Position numbers and translations under genes: made by a program. From Octopus bimaculoides (taxonomy: Eukaryota): a DNA stretch of 54,210 bases. The stretch lies in the NCBI RefSeq assembly GCF_001194135.2, contig NC_068991.1, forward strand, positions 15,584,400 through 15,638,609. Direction: 5' to 3'. Of the stretch, positions 26,066 through 37,497 are shown one piece after another. A model generated the notes under the pieces. It saw only the letters and a program-made list of their open reading frames with translations. It made no database searches and was not told where the DNA came from. Position 1 is the stretch's first letter; every line of letters starts with the position of its first letter.

Positions 26066-26483
26066 TGTGTATGTGTGTACACATACATATACATATATGC
26101 GTTAAATGGAGAAGCTGTGACGAGTGACAATTGTGTAAATAATAATAAAAATAATTATAATCTTAAAGCTTATAAGCGATCACTGTGTTTTCACTAAAGA
26201 AAATAGTCGAATATTTGGGTATATAAGCCTTCGACGGAAAAAAAGTGGGTACGCATGCGAAACGAACCCACATCTCTTACATTCGTAATAAGTGTGCTAA
26301 GAGATTACACTAACCTACCCATACATACGTTCGTAGTATGTATGTATATATGTATGTATGTATGTACGTATGTATGTATGTATGTATGTATGTATGTATG
26401 TATTTGACTGTCTGTTTGTATGTATGTATGTATGTAAGTATGTATGCATGTATGTATGTATGTATGCATGTATGTTTGCATAT

Positions 26484-26882
26484 TGCTATTTTGTTGAGGT
26501 TGTTGGCACTCCGTCGCTTACGACGTCAAGGGTTCCAGTTGATCCGATCAACGGAACAGTCTGTTCGTGAAATTAACGTGCAAGTGGCTGAGCACTCCAC
26601 AGACACGTGTACCCTTAACGTAGTTCTCGGGGATATTCAGCGAGACACAGTGTGACAAGGCTGACCCTTTGAATTACAGGCACAACAGAAACAGGAAGTA
26701 AGAGTGAGAGAAAGTTGTGGTGAAAGAGTACAGCAGGGTTCGCCACCATCCCTTGCCGGAGCCTCGTAGAGCTTTAGGTGTTTTCGCTCAATAAACACTC
26801 ATAACACCCAGTCTGGGAATCGAAACTGCGATCCTATGACCGCGAGTTCGCTGCCCTAACCACTGAGCTATTGCGCCTCCAC
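26484..26882 (-). mobile_element. SINE family C, full length, tRNA(Arg)-like head
   Basis: Minus strand GGAGGCGCAATAGCTCAGTGGTTAGGGCAGCGAACTCGCGGTCATAGGATCGCAGTTTCGATTCCC (A and B boxes), then a distinct body and tail. Confidence 0.8.
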
Positions 26883-26884
26883 TT

Positions 26885-27450
26885 ATTGCTATACACACAC
26901 GCACAAACCTCCCACCCACACACACCAATCTAATTAACTTTCAGTCAGTTATATATTGTGGTCTCCCATAATGTGGAACCTAGTATGGCCGTAGTTCAAT
27001 GACTAAGAGCGGTTAAAGAAGAAAATAATTGAAAAACATATTTTAGAAGTCCATTCCGATATTAGTAACACATGTTTTACTCTTCTTTAAGATATCTCTA
27101 TTGACAATCTCTGTACAGTCTTTGAAAGGCCTTCATAGGCAAAATCCATTTTCGAAAGTGAAGGCTATACTACAAAGGAGAATGGTCTTTAAAAAAATCT
27201 ATAGACACCATCGCTAACGTCCAGAAAATGAAGAAAAAATATGAGATAAAACAGCAATCATGGAAAGAAGAATAGCGAGTATAAAAGTGATTTAGACAAT
27301 CGAGATATTTCGTGCTAAACGTAGCCACAATTTCACAATTTTTTCAGCTGTCTCTCGGTAAAACGGAGCCAAATAAAATTTGTAAGGCTTGCCAAGAAAA
27401 CTCAGTGCCAATATTATATTTTATGTGAAACGGAATGGAGAGAGAATTTT
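26885..27450 (+). repeat. Local duplication, copy B
   Basis: See 22370-22920. Confidence 0.9.
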
Positions 27451-29519
27451 AAGTTACTACATAAATGGATATGTGTGTGTGCGTGCGTGTGTGTGTGCAT
27501 TTACATATGTATTTGTGTGCGTATATATATATATATATCGCATATGGGGCTTTTATCAGAGTTACACATAACGAATAATAATAACCATCGCTCTTTCCAG
27601 GTTAACAAGGGCCTGTTGTTTCCCCTTGAACGATTGCAGTTGTGTACGAAATGGGTCATTTTGTGTAGATTTTTCCTTTTCTGTGGTGTGCAAATGAAGC
27701 AGACCACGTTTCCAAACAAAGTTTCTGTCGTGAGGGCATAGGCTTAAAAGTTCCCTTTTTGAATTCAAGAAGGATCATTGTCCTCTCGGCCAAAGAAAGT
27801 TTGTACCATTCGCTTCCGTTGAGGTATGACCGAGATTGTTCTAGCACCTTCCTGTTAATTTCGCCTGGAGTTTCCTTCTCTTTTCTTCGCCACATATAAC
27901 ATATAAATTCTTAACCACAGAGCTATAACAAGATTCGATAGAATAATAATGTGTTGAGTTATATAGTTTCCTGATATCAGTTACGTTCTTTGAATCCTAC
28001 CAAATTTGCGGTTGTTCTTCATTTGTAATTTCGGCATCTTTAAAATAAGTATTAGCAATAAACAGGTGTTTCGATATAATTAGCTCTGCTTTTACCCACA
28101 AAACTGAAGTTTGTGAGACTTTCAACGAACAGCTTAACATTATTTGCATATTTAAGGTGACTAATTAGTAGAAGCATTAGCATGCCGGAGAAAACGCTTA
28201 GTGACATTTCATCCTCACTACTACTCAGAATAACGAGACAAAGATTTAAAAATCCACAAACAAGCGTAACAAATGTGTATTCCCATCATCAGCTGCCAAG
28301 CAGGTATTACTATAGTTTCGGCATTTGGACAGTGTCATTCAATTCGGCGGTGTTAACAGCGTTTAAAACATAAAGGCTGCTTGGAAATCAAAAGTAATCA
28401 GCAGAAGTGAAACATTAGCACAGTATGTCCATTACTCCAGCAGCTGCTTGTTATTACAAGTAACATCAAAGTAAACAGTATTGACTTATAGTTACAAAAC
28501 GATACTTATGCAACAAAGAACTTACTCCGGAAAAGAATGTTGTGATCCTAAAAATTACAGTACAAAGAAACAAGCGAAAATCCTGTTAAACTTGCGATGC
28601 TCGATATGATAACATCGACCCAGCTAACAGCTAACCAAGAGTTTAAAACATATAGACCATAAAACGAACATTAGTCTATGTTCGCTTTTTATTAATCTGT
28701 ATCACATCACAAAAATGGTACTACGTCATAGATAAAAGTAATATAAATTAGTGAAACATTGTACATTGTTTGTCCTTGAATAATATACAAGGAAAACGAC
28801 AAGCATAGATCAATACATATAAAATATGTTGAAACAAAATATGTTGAATACTATAAAATAAAATAACCGAACAAATTGCAACTAAATGTAAAATAAATGT
28901 AAAATAAAATAATTAAAATTAAACAAAATAAAAATAAAATAAATAAAAATGGGTTTAGAATTAATTCAAATTGAAAATTGTATATAACAAATTAATATAA
29001 AAACAATAAAAACAGGGCAAAAAACTATTGAGCTAAAACAAATAATTAATAACATGTCCTACCTAGAAAGAGACTAAATAATCTATTATCAATTAAACGG
29101 TCAATGTACTCGTTACCTGAGTACAACCCAAACTACATCTAAATTTAGAATAAAGAAAGATATCTGGAGTTTAATCAACACATACACCTAATAACTATAA
29201 ACATTGAAAACTACTAAAACAAACACATCCCAACAAAATTATTTTACATATAACAAAACTCCACGTGCTGTAGAGAAATTAACTGAGACTATTCTCACGT
29301 CTAAACTCCTTGTTGCCAAAAGACCAAAATACAGGTATATGTCAACTGGGAAAAGTTAATCTCAGCTGCACATCGGAAGTGACGTTGTCTACTACAGTGG
29401 ATGACAAGTGCCCACCAGAAGTGACATTGTACACAACTGTGAATGACAACTAACCCTCAAAATTTCTTAACCGTGACTTAACTACCTTGAGTAAAAATTA
29501 ACTGTCCATAGAATTCCAG

Positions 29520-30340
29520 GCCCAGCAGCATACCGGAGATTATTCCAAATTTTTTCATAATTTCACCATGTTTCCTTAAGCAACGGTTAAAACATTTAAC
29601 CAACCTTTTACTATTGTAGCCTTGTTTTTCCACGTGCACTTATAACGTTTTAGCCCTATCCCAAATCACTCCGACTCTATTTATTATGCTACTATATCTC
29701 ATAACCTGAGTGGAAAACATAACCGATCCAAAGATGAATTCTATTATCCACCCAAGACAATGATGCAATGCAGGAATTAAAACTATCAAAATAGTTAATC
29801 TCATTCACGGTGTCACCATTTCTAATCGCTTCAAGATTCACAGGAGATATTTTTCCTAGCAAAAATTCAAAATACTTGCATTTAGGGATAAAAATATCAT
29901 CGATATATCTGCAGCTTTCACTGAGTTGTTTGACGAAACCCATTTTTTCCTTTCGGCATAGATTATTACAGATTTGAACTTGCTGACGCAAATCCAAATT
30001 CGCTAATAAAGGGCTACAACTACCATCCATCGGAATCCCCTAATTTTGTCTAAACACCTTCCCGGCAGATGTAATATATACGTTATTAGTTTATTTTTGC
30101 TAAAACAAGCATAACCATTATAACTACACTAAGGCAAAAACCACTCACCGTTTTAAATAGAAATATACTTGTAGCATTCGTCTTTTCCACATATTTTAAT
30201 CTTCTTTTATCAACAATTTTAACAAATATGCTAATGGTATATTCTCTTTCATTGTTCAGGACTCCTTGCCAATGTTCAATTAGTTTGTCAATGTCTTGTT
30301 TGGAAGAATTTATGGAACTATCTTTTCGGCTCCATTTCAT
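29520..30340 (-). pseudogene. Decayed Penelope-like RT, second type, with no C-terminal endonuclease visible
   Basis: NVYITSAGKVFRQN*GIPMDGSCSPLLANL...CRYIDDI...ISPVNL..NYFD, later QGYNSKRLVKCFNRCLRKH. These are PLE-type RT motifs (GIPMG, YIDD). Confidence 0.75.
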
Positions 30341-30369
30341 TCTTCAATGAAACACTACACACATTATTG

Positions 30370-31500
30370 GAGAGTGAGTAAATAAGGGCGATAATCTGGA
30401 AAAAAAAACAGAAAAAGAAAATAAAAAATGAAGGAAACAGAAGCAACCAGAGAATGAAGCAAACAAAACAAGTAAATACAGAATGAAAAACAGAAAAGGA
30501 ATAGAGAATGAAGAAAGAAGAAAAATAAATAGAGAATGAAAGACATAAAAGATACAGTGAATTAAAAAAAAACAGCAACGAGAATATAGAATTAGAAAAT
30601 AAGAAAAGAAAATAGAGAATGGAAGAAAACAAAAAGAACAGAATAAAGAAAACAGAAAAGAAAATAGAAAATGCAAACAGAAAAAGAAAATAAAGAACGA
30701 AAAATATAAAATAAATTAGGGAATGTAAGAAAAAGGAAAAGAAAACTGCGAATGAAAAGTAGAAAAGAAAATAGAGGATAAAGAAAACAAAAATAAGAAA
30801 ATATAGAATAAAGTGATCAAAGAAAATAGAAAATAAGAAGCAAACTGCTAAAAGAAAATAGATAATAAAACAGAAAAAGAATAAAACAAAGGAAACACAG
30901 AAATAAGATAGAGAATGAAGGAAACACAAAAAGAAAAATGTGAATGAAAAACAAATGAAAGCAGAGAATGACTTAAACAGAAAAAGACAATACAGAAAAA
31001 AAAAACAGAGAACGAAACGGAAGTAGAAAATACTGAATGAAAAACAGAAAACAGCAAATAGAGAATAAAGCGACAAAATAGAGAAGGAAGAAAAGAGAAT
31101 GAGAAAATGGAGAATGAAGATAACAGAAAACGAGTTCAGATCAAGGATATTGAGAGAAGGGAAAGATGAAGTGGAAATGAAGAAAACGGAAATTGAAAAT
31201 ATAGGCTGAAAAAACAGTAAAAGTTAGAATAAAAAACGGATTTTAAAAAATGAAGAAATAAAGAAAATAGATAAATGAATAAAGAAGACGAAGAAAACAG
31301 ATAAAGAAAATAGAAAGCGAAAAGAGAATAAAAAAAGGGGGAAAAGGAGGAGAGAATAGAAAAAAGTTACCAAAGAAATCAGAAATAGAAGCGGAAGAAA
31401 AAAAAGGAGAAAGGAAATGATATTAAAAGGGCTGGAAGGAAGACAAGGAATAAGGAAAGATAAGACGAAAAAGTAAAAAAGGAAAGTCAATATAAATTAT
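30370..31500. repeat. Purine-rich (A/G) low-complexity tract with degenerate AGAAAATAGAGAATGAA units
   Basis: Direct reading. The poly-F/L ORFs on the minus strand derive from it. Confidence 0.85.
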
Positions 31501-31834
31501 TGTAACAACAACCGACAGCCACAACGGCGATGACAGTTCAGCGACAACAAATTCAACAACCACAGCAAGCAATACTCGCAACAAGAAACTAAGAACACCA
31601 ACAAGATCAAGAATGTTTAAAAATATAACAAACTTATCTGAAAGTATATATTTTCTTGTGTAACTCGATCCATCTGTAATATGAAGTCTGTCAAAATATA
31701 TCTTAGTGTTGATATCAATGATTTTTATGTGTGTGTCTTTTTTATATATATAGAAATATCAGATACGACCAGTAACTCGTAAAATACAAGTTTAATGTGG
31801 ACATATTGGTTGTTCAAATGTATGCCGACACCAA

Positions 31835-31882
<48 letters not shown>

Positions 31883-31884
<2 letters not shown>

Positions 31885-32155
31885 CTGTAAGAGACTCACA
31901 TTACGGATTTTATCTTATTACATCAAATTTAGTTCGGAGTTATCTCACACCTGAGACTATTCTTTATCTTTATAAGTCCACCATTCGCCCCTGCATTGAG
32001 TACTGTTGTCACATATGGGCAGGTGCTCCTGCCGTTTGTTTAACTCTGTTGAACAGCATTCAACGCCGTATTTCTAAGGCTATTAATCTTGATCTATCTT
32101 CTAAATTGGATTCACTGTCTCTTCGTCGTCGTGTGGCTTCCTTGTCTCTTGCCTG
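31883..32155 (+). pseudogene. Non-LTR retrotransposon RT C-terminal fragment (CR1/Jockey-like)
   Basis: LTPETILYLYKSTIRPCIEYCCHIWAGA...LLNSIQRR...LSLRRRVASLSL. Confidence 0.8.
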
Positions 32156-32214
32156 AAATTCCAGCAATCATTTGTAATAATCTTTGTTTACCTAAAAAGG
32201 CATTCCAACAACAG

Positions 32215-32580
32215 TTATCGAGAGTCGTTCACTGTGGAGCAACACAAAAGCTTACAAGATTCTAGAGCACAGAAACGCTAAATATTTTGCCATCATTACT
32301 GAGGTTCATCAGGGATGAGTCTTGTTACCATTCCTCTTTTTGCTCAACGTCGATTTCAATATGTAGAAGGTAGGCGATCGCAATGCATATGGCGTCCACT
32401 GGAAAGATTTGTGATAGTTAACCGACCTGCTTCACTGATGATAATGCATTGTTGACAGAATCTAGAAAAAAGTCTCATCTACTAGAGCTAACTCAGCGCC
32501 TGAATGAAGTATTTTGGCAAGGAAAGCAAGATGTTGTGCATGTTTTTCTAGAAAATAAACAAAATCCTTGCTTATCTTCT
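32215..32580 (+). pseudogene. RTE-like LINE RT fragment
   Basis: ITEVHQG*VLLPFLFLLNVDF..GVHW..LTDL(frameshift)FTDDNALL, matching GVRQGCxLSPxLF...FADD. Confidence 0.7.
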
Positions 32581-32604
32581 TACATACCATTGTTATTGAC
32601 ATCG

Positions 32605-32791
32605 TACAATCGTTAGTACGCCAGGCAAAATACTTAGAGATATTTCGTAATTACGTTGAAATTCTGACGAGGTCGACTTTGCTTTTCCCTCCTTCGGGGT
32701 CGATAAAATAAATATCAGTTGAGTACTGGCGTTGATGTTATCGACTAACTCCTTCTCCTAAATATCAGGCCTTGTTCCTATAAGAGAAAAG

Positions 32792-32865
<74 letters not shown>
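32605..32865 (+). mobile_element. SINE family A with (ATT)n tail
   Basis: GAGGTCGACTTTGC..TCCTTCGGGGTCGATAAAATAAA..CAG core, GGCCTTGTTCCTATA tail, then (ATT)n. Confidence 0.85.
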
Positions 32866-33072
32866 GGTGGTGAGCTGGCAGATTTGTTAGTATACCAGAC
32901 AAAACGCTTAGCGGCATTTCGTCCGTCTTTGCGTTCTGGGTTCAAATTCTTGTCTGTTTGTTTGTGTGTTTGCAAAATTACTGGAAAACGGTTGAACGGA
33001 TTTTCACCACATTTTGCAGAAATGCTCATTGGATGAGGGGGTCGAAATGAATAACATCTAGTTTGATTATCT
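32866..33072 (+). mobile_element. SINE family A head joined to a HINE-like core fragment
   Basis: GGTGAGCTGGCAGATTTGTTAG..GTTCAAATTC, then TGTTTGTTTGTGTGTTTGCAAAATTACTGGAAAACGGTTGAACGGATTTTCACC. Confidence 0.55.
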
Positions 33073-33532
33073 TNNNNNNNNNNNNNNNNNNNNNNNNNNN
33101 NNNNNNNNNNNNNNNNNNNNNNNNNNNNNNNNNNNNNNNNNNNNNNNNNNNNNNNNNNNNNNNNNNNNNNNNNNNNNNNNNNNNNNNNNNNNNNNNNNNN
33201 NNNNNNNNNNNNNNNNNNNNNNNNNNNNNNNNNNNNNNNNNNNNNNNNNNNNNNNNNNNNNNNNNNNNNNNNNNNNNNNNNNNNNNNNNNNNNNNNNNNN
33301 NNNNNNNNNNNNNNNNNNNNNNNNNNNNNNNNNNNNNNNNNNNNNNNNNNNNNNNNNNNNNNNNNNNNNNNNNNNNNNNNNNNNNNNNNNNNNNNNNNNN
33401 NNNNNNNNNNNNNNNNNNNNNNNNNNNNNNNNNNNNNNNNNNNNNNNNNNNNNNNNNNNNNNNNNNNNNNNNNNNNNNNNNNNNNNNNNNNNNNNNNNNN
33501 NNNNNNNNNNNNNNNNNNNNNNNNNNNNNNNN

Positions 33533-33675
33533 CAGGCCGAGATCAATTTTAGCTTTCATCCTCCCGGTGTCGATAAGATAAAGTACCAGTTAAGTACGGG
33601 GTCAATGCAATCGACTCCCCCCACCCCACCCGACACTCAAGGAAACTGGCCTTGTGCCAAAATTCGAAGCAATCA
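33533..33675 (+). mobile_element. SINE family A 3' part
   Basis: CTTTCATCCTCCCGGTGTCGATAAGATAAAGTACCAG..GGCCTTGTGCCAAAA. Confidence 0.75.
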
Positions 33676-33829
33676 TTAGGGAAATTATTTATACTTTTAA
33701 TCCGCACATTCTAATAGCTTACTCTTTAACAATCACTAGATATATATTTTTTACTTCTACAGAAGTTATTTTAAAACAGATTTTTTTTACTCATTACAGA
33801 AAACTCACATCATCCAGTGATTGCACTCA

Positions 33830-34230
33830 GTATTATCTTCATATATCGGGGTTTGGCTCATGAATTCTAAATGCAATTATAGTTTCCTTGTCTTTTGCTT
33901 TTCATTTGATGTATCTTACCAATTTAATTAGCTTCCAACTGAAAATATTACAGATGTAACTTATTTATGGAACAGCTAGTGTATTAATACCTATTGCATT
34001 ACTGTTTGCGTTTATCTCAATTTTAAGTATTAATCTATTTCATCTATAATATTCCTGCCTAATATTTTCTGTCTAGCTCATTAATCCTTAAGTATTTCCA
34101 AGACTGTGTTTGGTCTAATACTCTTATCTCAGTTTCTTTATCTTTCACGGTATTATTGGTTTTATCGATTTTTTTCTCCCTTGGAACATATATATTGTGA
34201 AACTAATCCGTTTCATCTTTGCAATGCTTT
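33830..34230 (-). pseudogene. R4/Dong-like non-LTR RT C-terminal fragment
   Basis: Minus strand IRVLDQTQSWKYL..NIRQEYYR*NRLILKIEINANSNAIGINTLAVP*ISY, matching YKYLG..EYxxRxRxIL..AINTxAVP. Confidence 0.6.
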
Positions 34231-34467
34231 CTTTTGTTTAGTTCCGTTAAAATTCTTAGCAATTTACTTATAGCATATCTCATGAGTTGGCTTACCAACG
34301 GCCAATGCTTCCGAATGCACAAGTGGAAAATGCTGTCAAAAGCTTCTGAGTAATCGATTCATGCCAAGCAAAGCTTTTTTTTCCCCCTCTCCTCAGAGAG
34401 CCTTTTAGGTAAGGTGTTGTTAATCAGTAGCTGATCTTTAACATTCACATACACCTGTGTGAGGTTG

Positions 34468-34560
34468 TAGAAGAAGAAGAAGAAGAAGAAGAAGAAGAAG
34501 AAGAAGAAGAAGAAGAAGAAGAAGAAGAAGAAGAAGAAGAAGAAGAAGAAGAAGAAGAAG
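34468..34560. repeat. (GAA)n microsatellite running into a gap
   Basis: Direct reading. Confidence 0.97.
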
Positions 34561-35178
34561 NNNNNNNNNNNNNNNNNNNNNNNNNNNNNNNNNNNNNNNN
34601 NNNNNNNNNNNNNNNNNNNNNNNNNNNNNNNNNNNNNNNNNNNNNNNNNNNNNNNNNNNNNNNNNNNNNNNNNNNNNNNNNNNNNNNNNNNNNNNNNNNN
34701 NNNNNNNNNNNNNNNNNNNNNNNNNNNNNNNNNNNNNNNNNNNNNNNNNNNNNNNNNNNNNNNNNNNNNNNNNNNNNNNNNNNNNNNNNNNNNNNNNNNN
34801 NNNNNNNNNNNNNNNNNNNNNNNNNNNNNNNNNNAGGAGGGAGGAGAGGAAGGAGGGAGGAGAAATAGGAAGAAAGGAGACGAAAAATGAGGCGAAGGAG
34901 GAGACGAGAAAAGGGGCGAAGGAGGAGAAAAAGAAGGACCGGAAGATCTCCGCTCTCATCCCTACCACCATTTAATTGGGTAGATTTTAGATAATCGAGC
35001 AAGAAGTCTGGAATTTTTATCATTTCAAGTCATTTATATTCTACCCTTCGTGGGTCCTTTTCCACCCCCACCCACTGTATTCTTCTGTCCGTATTCATTC
35101 TCCGTTCTAAACGTACCAATTTTTCTTTTTTCTCGAGTCTAGATGCAAGCCTGAAGGTGGTCACTCGCATTACTAAAA

Positions 35179-35180
35179 AC

Positions 35181-35218
<38 letters not shown>

Positions 35219-35225
35219 CAGCAGC

Positions 35226-35269
<44 letters not shown>

Positions 35270-35279
35270 CAGCAGCAGC

Positions 35280-35339
<60 letters not shown>

Positions 35340-35340
35340 T
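35179..35340. repeat. (AGT)n microsatellite with (AGC)n interruptions
   Basis: Direct reading. Similar tract at 50003-50090. Confidence 0.97.
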
Positions 35341-35436
35341 GCTTAGTCTTTCTTAAATCATATCTTATTTGTTTTAGAAAAGACGACGGACGTTTCGGAA
35401 AATGTACACCATGTGGTGTTCTGTGTTTGTGTAAAC

Positions 35437-35735
35437 CAGGGGTTTTCAAACTTTTTGACTTGCGGACCCCTTTATATTTCAGGCTTTACCTTAGGGACCC
35501 CCTTATAAACGCTTATGAAATTTATACATAAATATTTGCTTAAAATAACATATATTTTTACATTTATTTATTTAACAGTATTTAACAAAATAGGTTTATT
35601 GTCAATTAAAAAATTTCGATTAAAAAAACATATATAAAATCAAATTGCCCATAAAAAGTATTTGCTGGCCACGGACCCCCTGTCTTGTCCTTGTGGACCC
35701 CTTGTGGTCCGCGGACCACAATTTGAAAACCCCTG
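35437..35735. mobile_element. hAT-family MITE, 299 bp, with intact 8-bp TSD
   Basis: TIR CAGGGGTTTTCAAA/TTTGAAAACCCCTG. TSD GTGTAAAC at 35429-35436 and 35736-35743. Subterminal GGACCC/GGACCA motifs. Confidence 0.93.
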
Positions 35736-36464
35736 GTGTAAACGAATGGCAGAGTCATAGCTGGAACGGAACGCTTTCGACAATTGGTCTGCCCCGCGAG
35801 GGCAAATGTAGGCCTAAATAACAATAACAACGACAACAGCAAAAGCAGCAACGATAAATAGCGCAGCAAATAAGAACAATTACAGCGTCATCATCATCAT
35901 CAACAACAACAACAACAACAACAACAATAGAAACCACAATAGATACGGCAATAACAATAACAACAATACTAACACCAACGCAACAAAAATCACAATAACC
36001 GCAACAAAAAAAACAAAAAAAACTGATGTATTTTGTTATTTCATTGGTTTGTGTGTTATTTGCTCTTTTCATTTAATTCTTTATACTTGATATGATTTTT
36101 TATTTTGTTTGAAGTCAAAATCTTTTGATTTGTTCAAAGAAAAATGTTCCTTTTCATAACGCCGTATTTGAGATTTAACAAGAATCTCCTCGTACTGTTT
36201 TCTCTTTCATTCGGCTGCATTTTCTGTTTTGTTTGTTATTTTTTTTTTTTACTTCGGCACACTTTATTTTCCATTGTTGATATTAGAAAGGTCTACGAAA
36301 ACGTTTCTTTTTATTCCATTTCCTTGTGTTTGTTTTCTTACATTATTTGCTTGCGTTTAAATATTTCTTTTGTAGGCGTTTCAACCAGTCACTTTCTTTT
36401 GTTGCACTTTTAGTGATTTCTGCAATGATTTCTTATATAATAATGATTATTAGTATTGTTGGAT

Positions 36465-36529
<65 letters not shown>

Positions 36530-36740
36530 ACTTAACTTCTGACTTATCTATGCCACGTCTCAACACATTCCTCAACACATAAGTTATTCCAAGTATTGCT
36601 GCCGACTGAATGAATACTTCCCAAGAAGTTCGGAATTTGCAGCTTTTGATGCCAGAATATTGCTCTCTTTCAGGTGGTCTCAAGTGCACCGATCACAATA
36701 GATACCACTCTCATTTTTGAGATTCTATGGAAATACTTCC
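36465..36740 (-). pseudogene. R4/Dong-like LINE extreme 3' end followed by (TAG)n
   Basis: Minus strand KMRVVSIVIGALET..LQIP..AAILGITYVLRNVL, then (AGT)n. Confidence 0.55.
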
Positions 36741-37135
36741 ATTATTATTATTATTATTATACACAGAGCAGATTAGACTGTTGGAAAAGAAAAAAATCCT
36801 AACATCGGGCTACAACAAGTAACTTTAGATGCCAAGAACCCTCCTAAGTATCCCAGCTGTCCATAATAACACTGTTTTCTGGAGCTGTACTAAACTGGGT
36901 TTATGCCCATTTTCTCTATCCACCTGTTCAAATCTTTAGGGATAGTTCCTAATGCACCTATAACTACTGGGGTACATGTTACCCGTACTTTCCATAGTCT
37001 CTGTAATCTAACGGTTAGGTCCTGGGACTCCGTCATTTGGGACTGTAAAGTCAATTATCTGGCACTTTCAATTCTCTTTATCTACTACTACTAAATCAGG
37101 CCTTCTACCTTCTATTACTTTATCAGTCTGACTGT
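36741..37135 (-). pseudogene. R4/Dong-like LINE restriction-like (REL) endonuclease 3' end with 3' UTR and (TAA)n tail
   Basis: Minus strand RRPDLVVVDK..CQIIDFTVPND..LQRLWKV..TPVVIGALGTIPKDL..LQKTVLLWTAGILRRVLGI* (stop at 36825-36827), PD..D motif. Confidence 0.8.
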
Positions 37136-37203
37136 TAAATTCCCATACCATTTATATTTGTCTGAATATTTTTTTTATCATACCTAATGCGCCCACTATG
37201 ATA

Positions 37204-37311
37204 GGAATTGTTTGGCGTAGTGGTTAAGAGTGCGGGCTACTAACCCCAAGATTCCGAGTTCTATTCCAAGCAGTGACCTGAATAATGATAATAATAATAA
37301 TAATAATAGTG

Positions 37312-37350
<39 letters not shown>

Positions 37351-37497
37351 TCGAAAAATACCTTAGGAATGAGAATCCAGGTTCGAAATTTCCCCAAGCC
37401 ACCTGATGAAGGCTGGAGGGTATATCAGCCGAAACGTTGTGTTAACAACAAACAAGATGAGGACAAATATCCGTCAAATGTAAATAATGTAAATAAG
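37204..37497 (+). mobile_element. SINE family D: tRNA-derived head, (AAT)n, hammerhead-containing tail
   Basis: A box TGGCGTAGTGG (37213-37223), B-box-like GAGTTCTATTCC (37256-37267), anticodon-arm-like GGGCTACTAACCC, HHR core at 37403-37438. Confidence 0.75.
37398..37443 (+). ncRNA. Minimal type I hammerhead ribozyme motif
   Basis: CAC-CTGATGA-A-GGCTG-GAGGGTATAT-CAGCC-GAAAC-GTT-GTG: canonical core, 5-bp stem II, palindromic ACGU stem III, 3-bp stem I. Confidence 0.65.

Noticed and set aside
27562-27895. Short minus-strand ORFs as host exons
   Set aside because: No recognisable domain or convincing splice pair. The same applies to 7074-7360, 8203-8350, 20724-20951 and 53489-53773.
26810-37279. 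tRNA genes at SINE heads (26810-26882, 37204-37279 and family A/B heads)
   Set aside because: Acceptor stems do not pair and they run into SINE bodies without a terminator.
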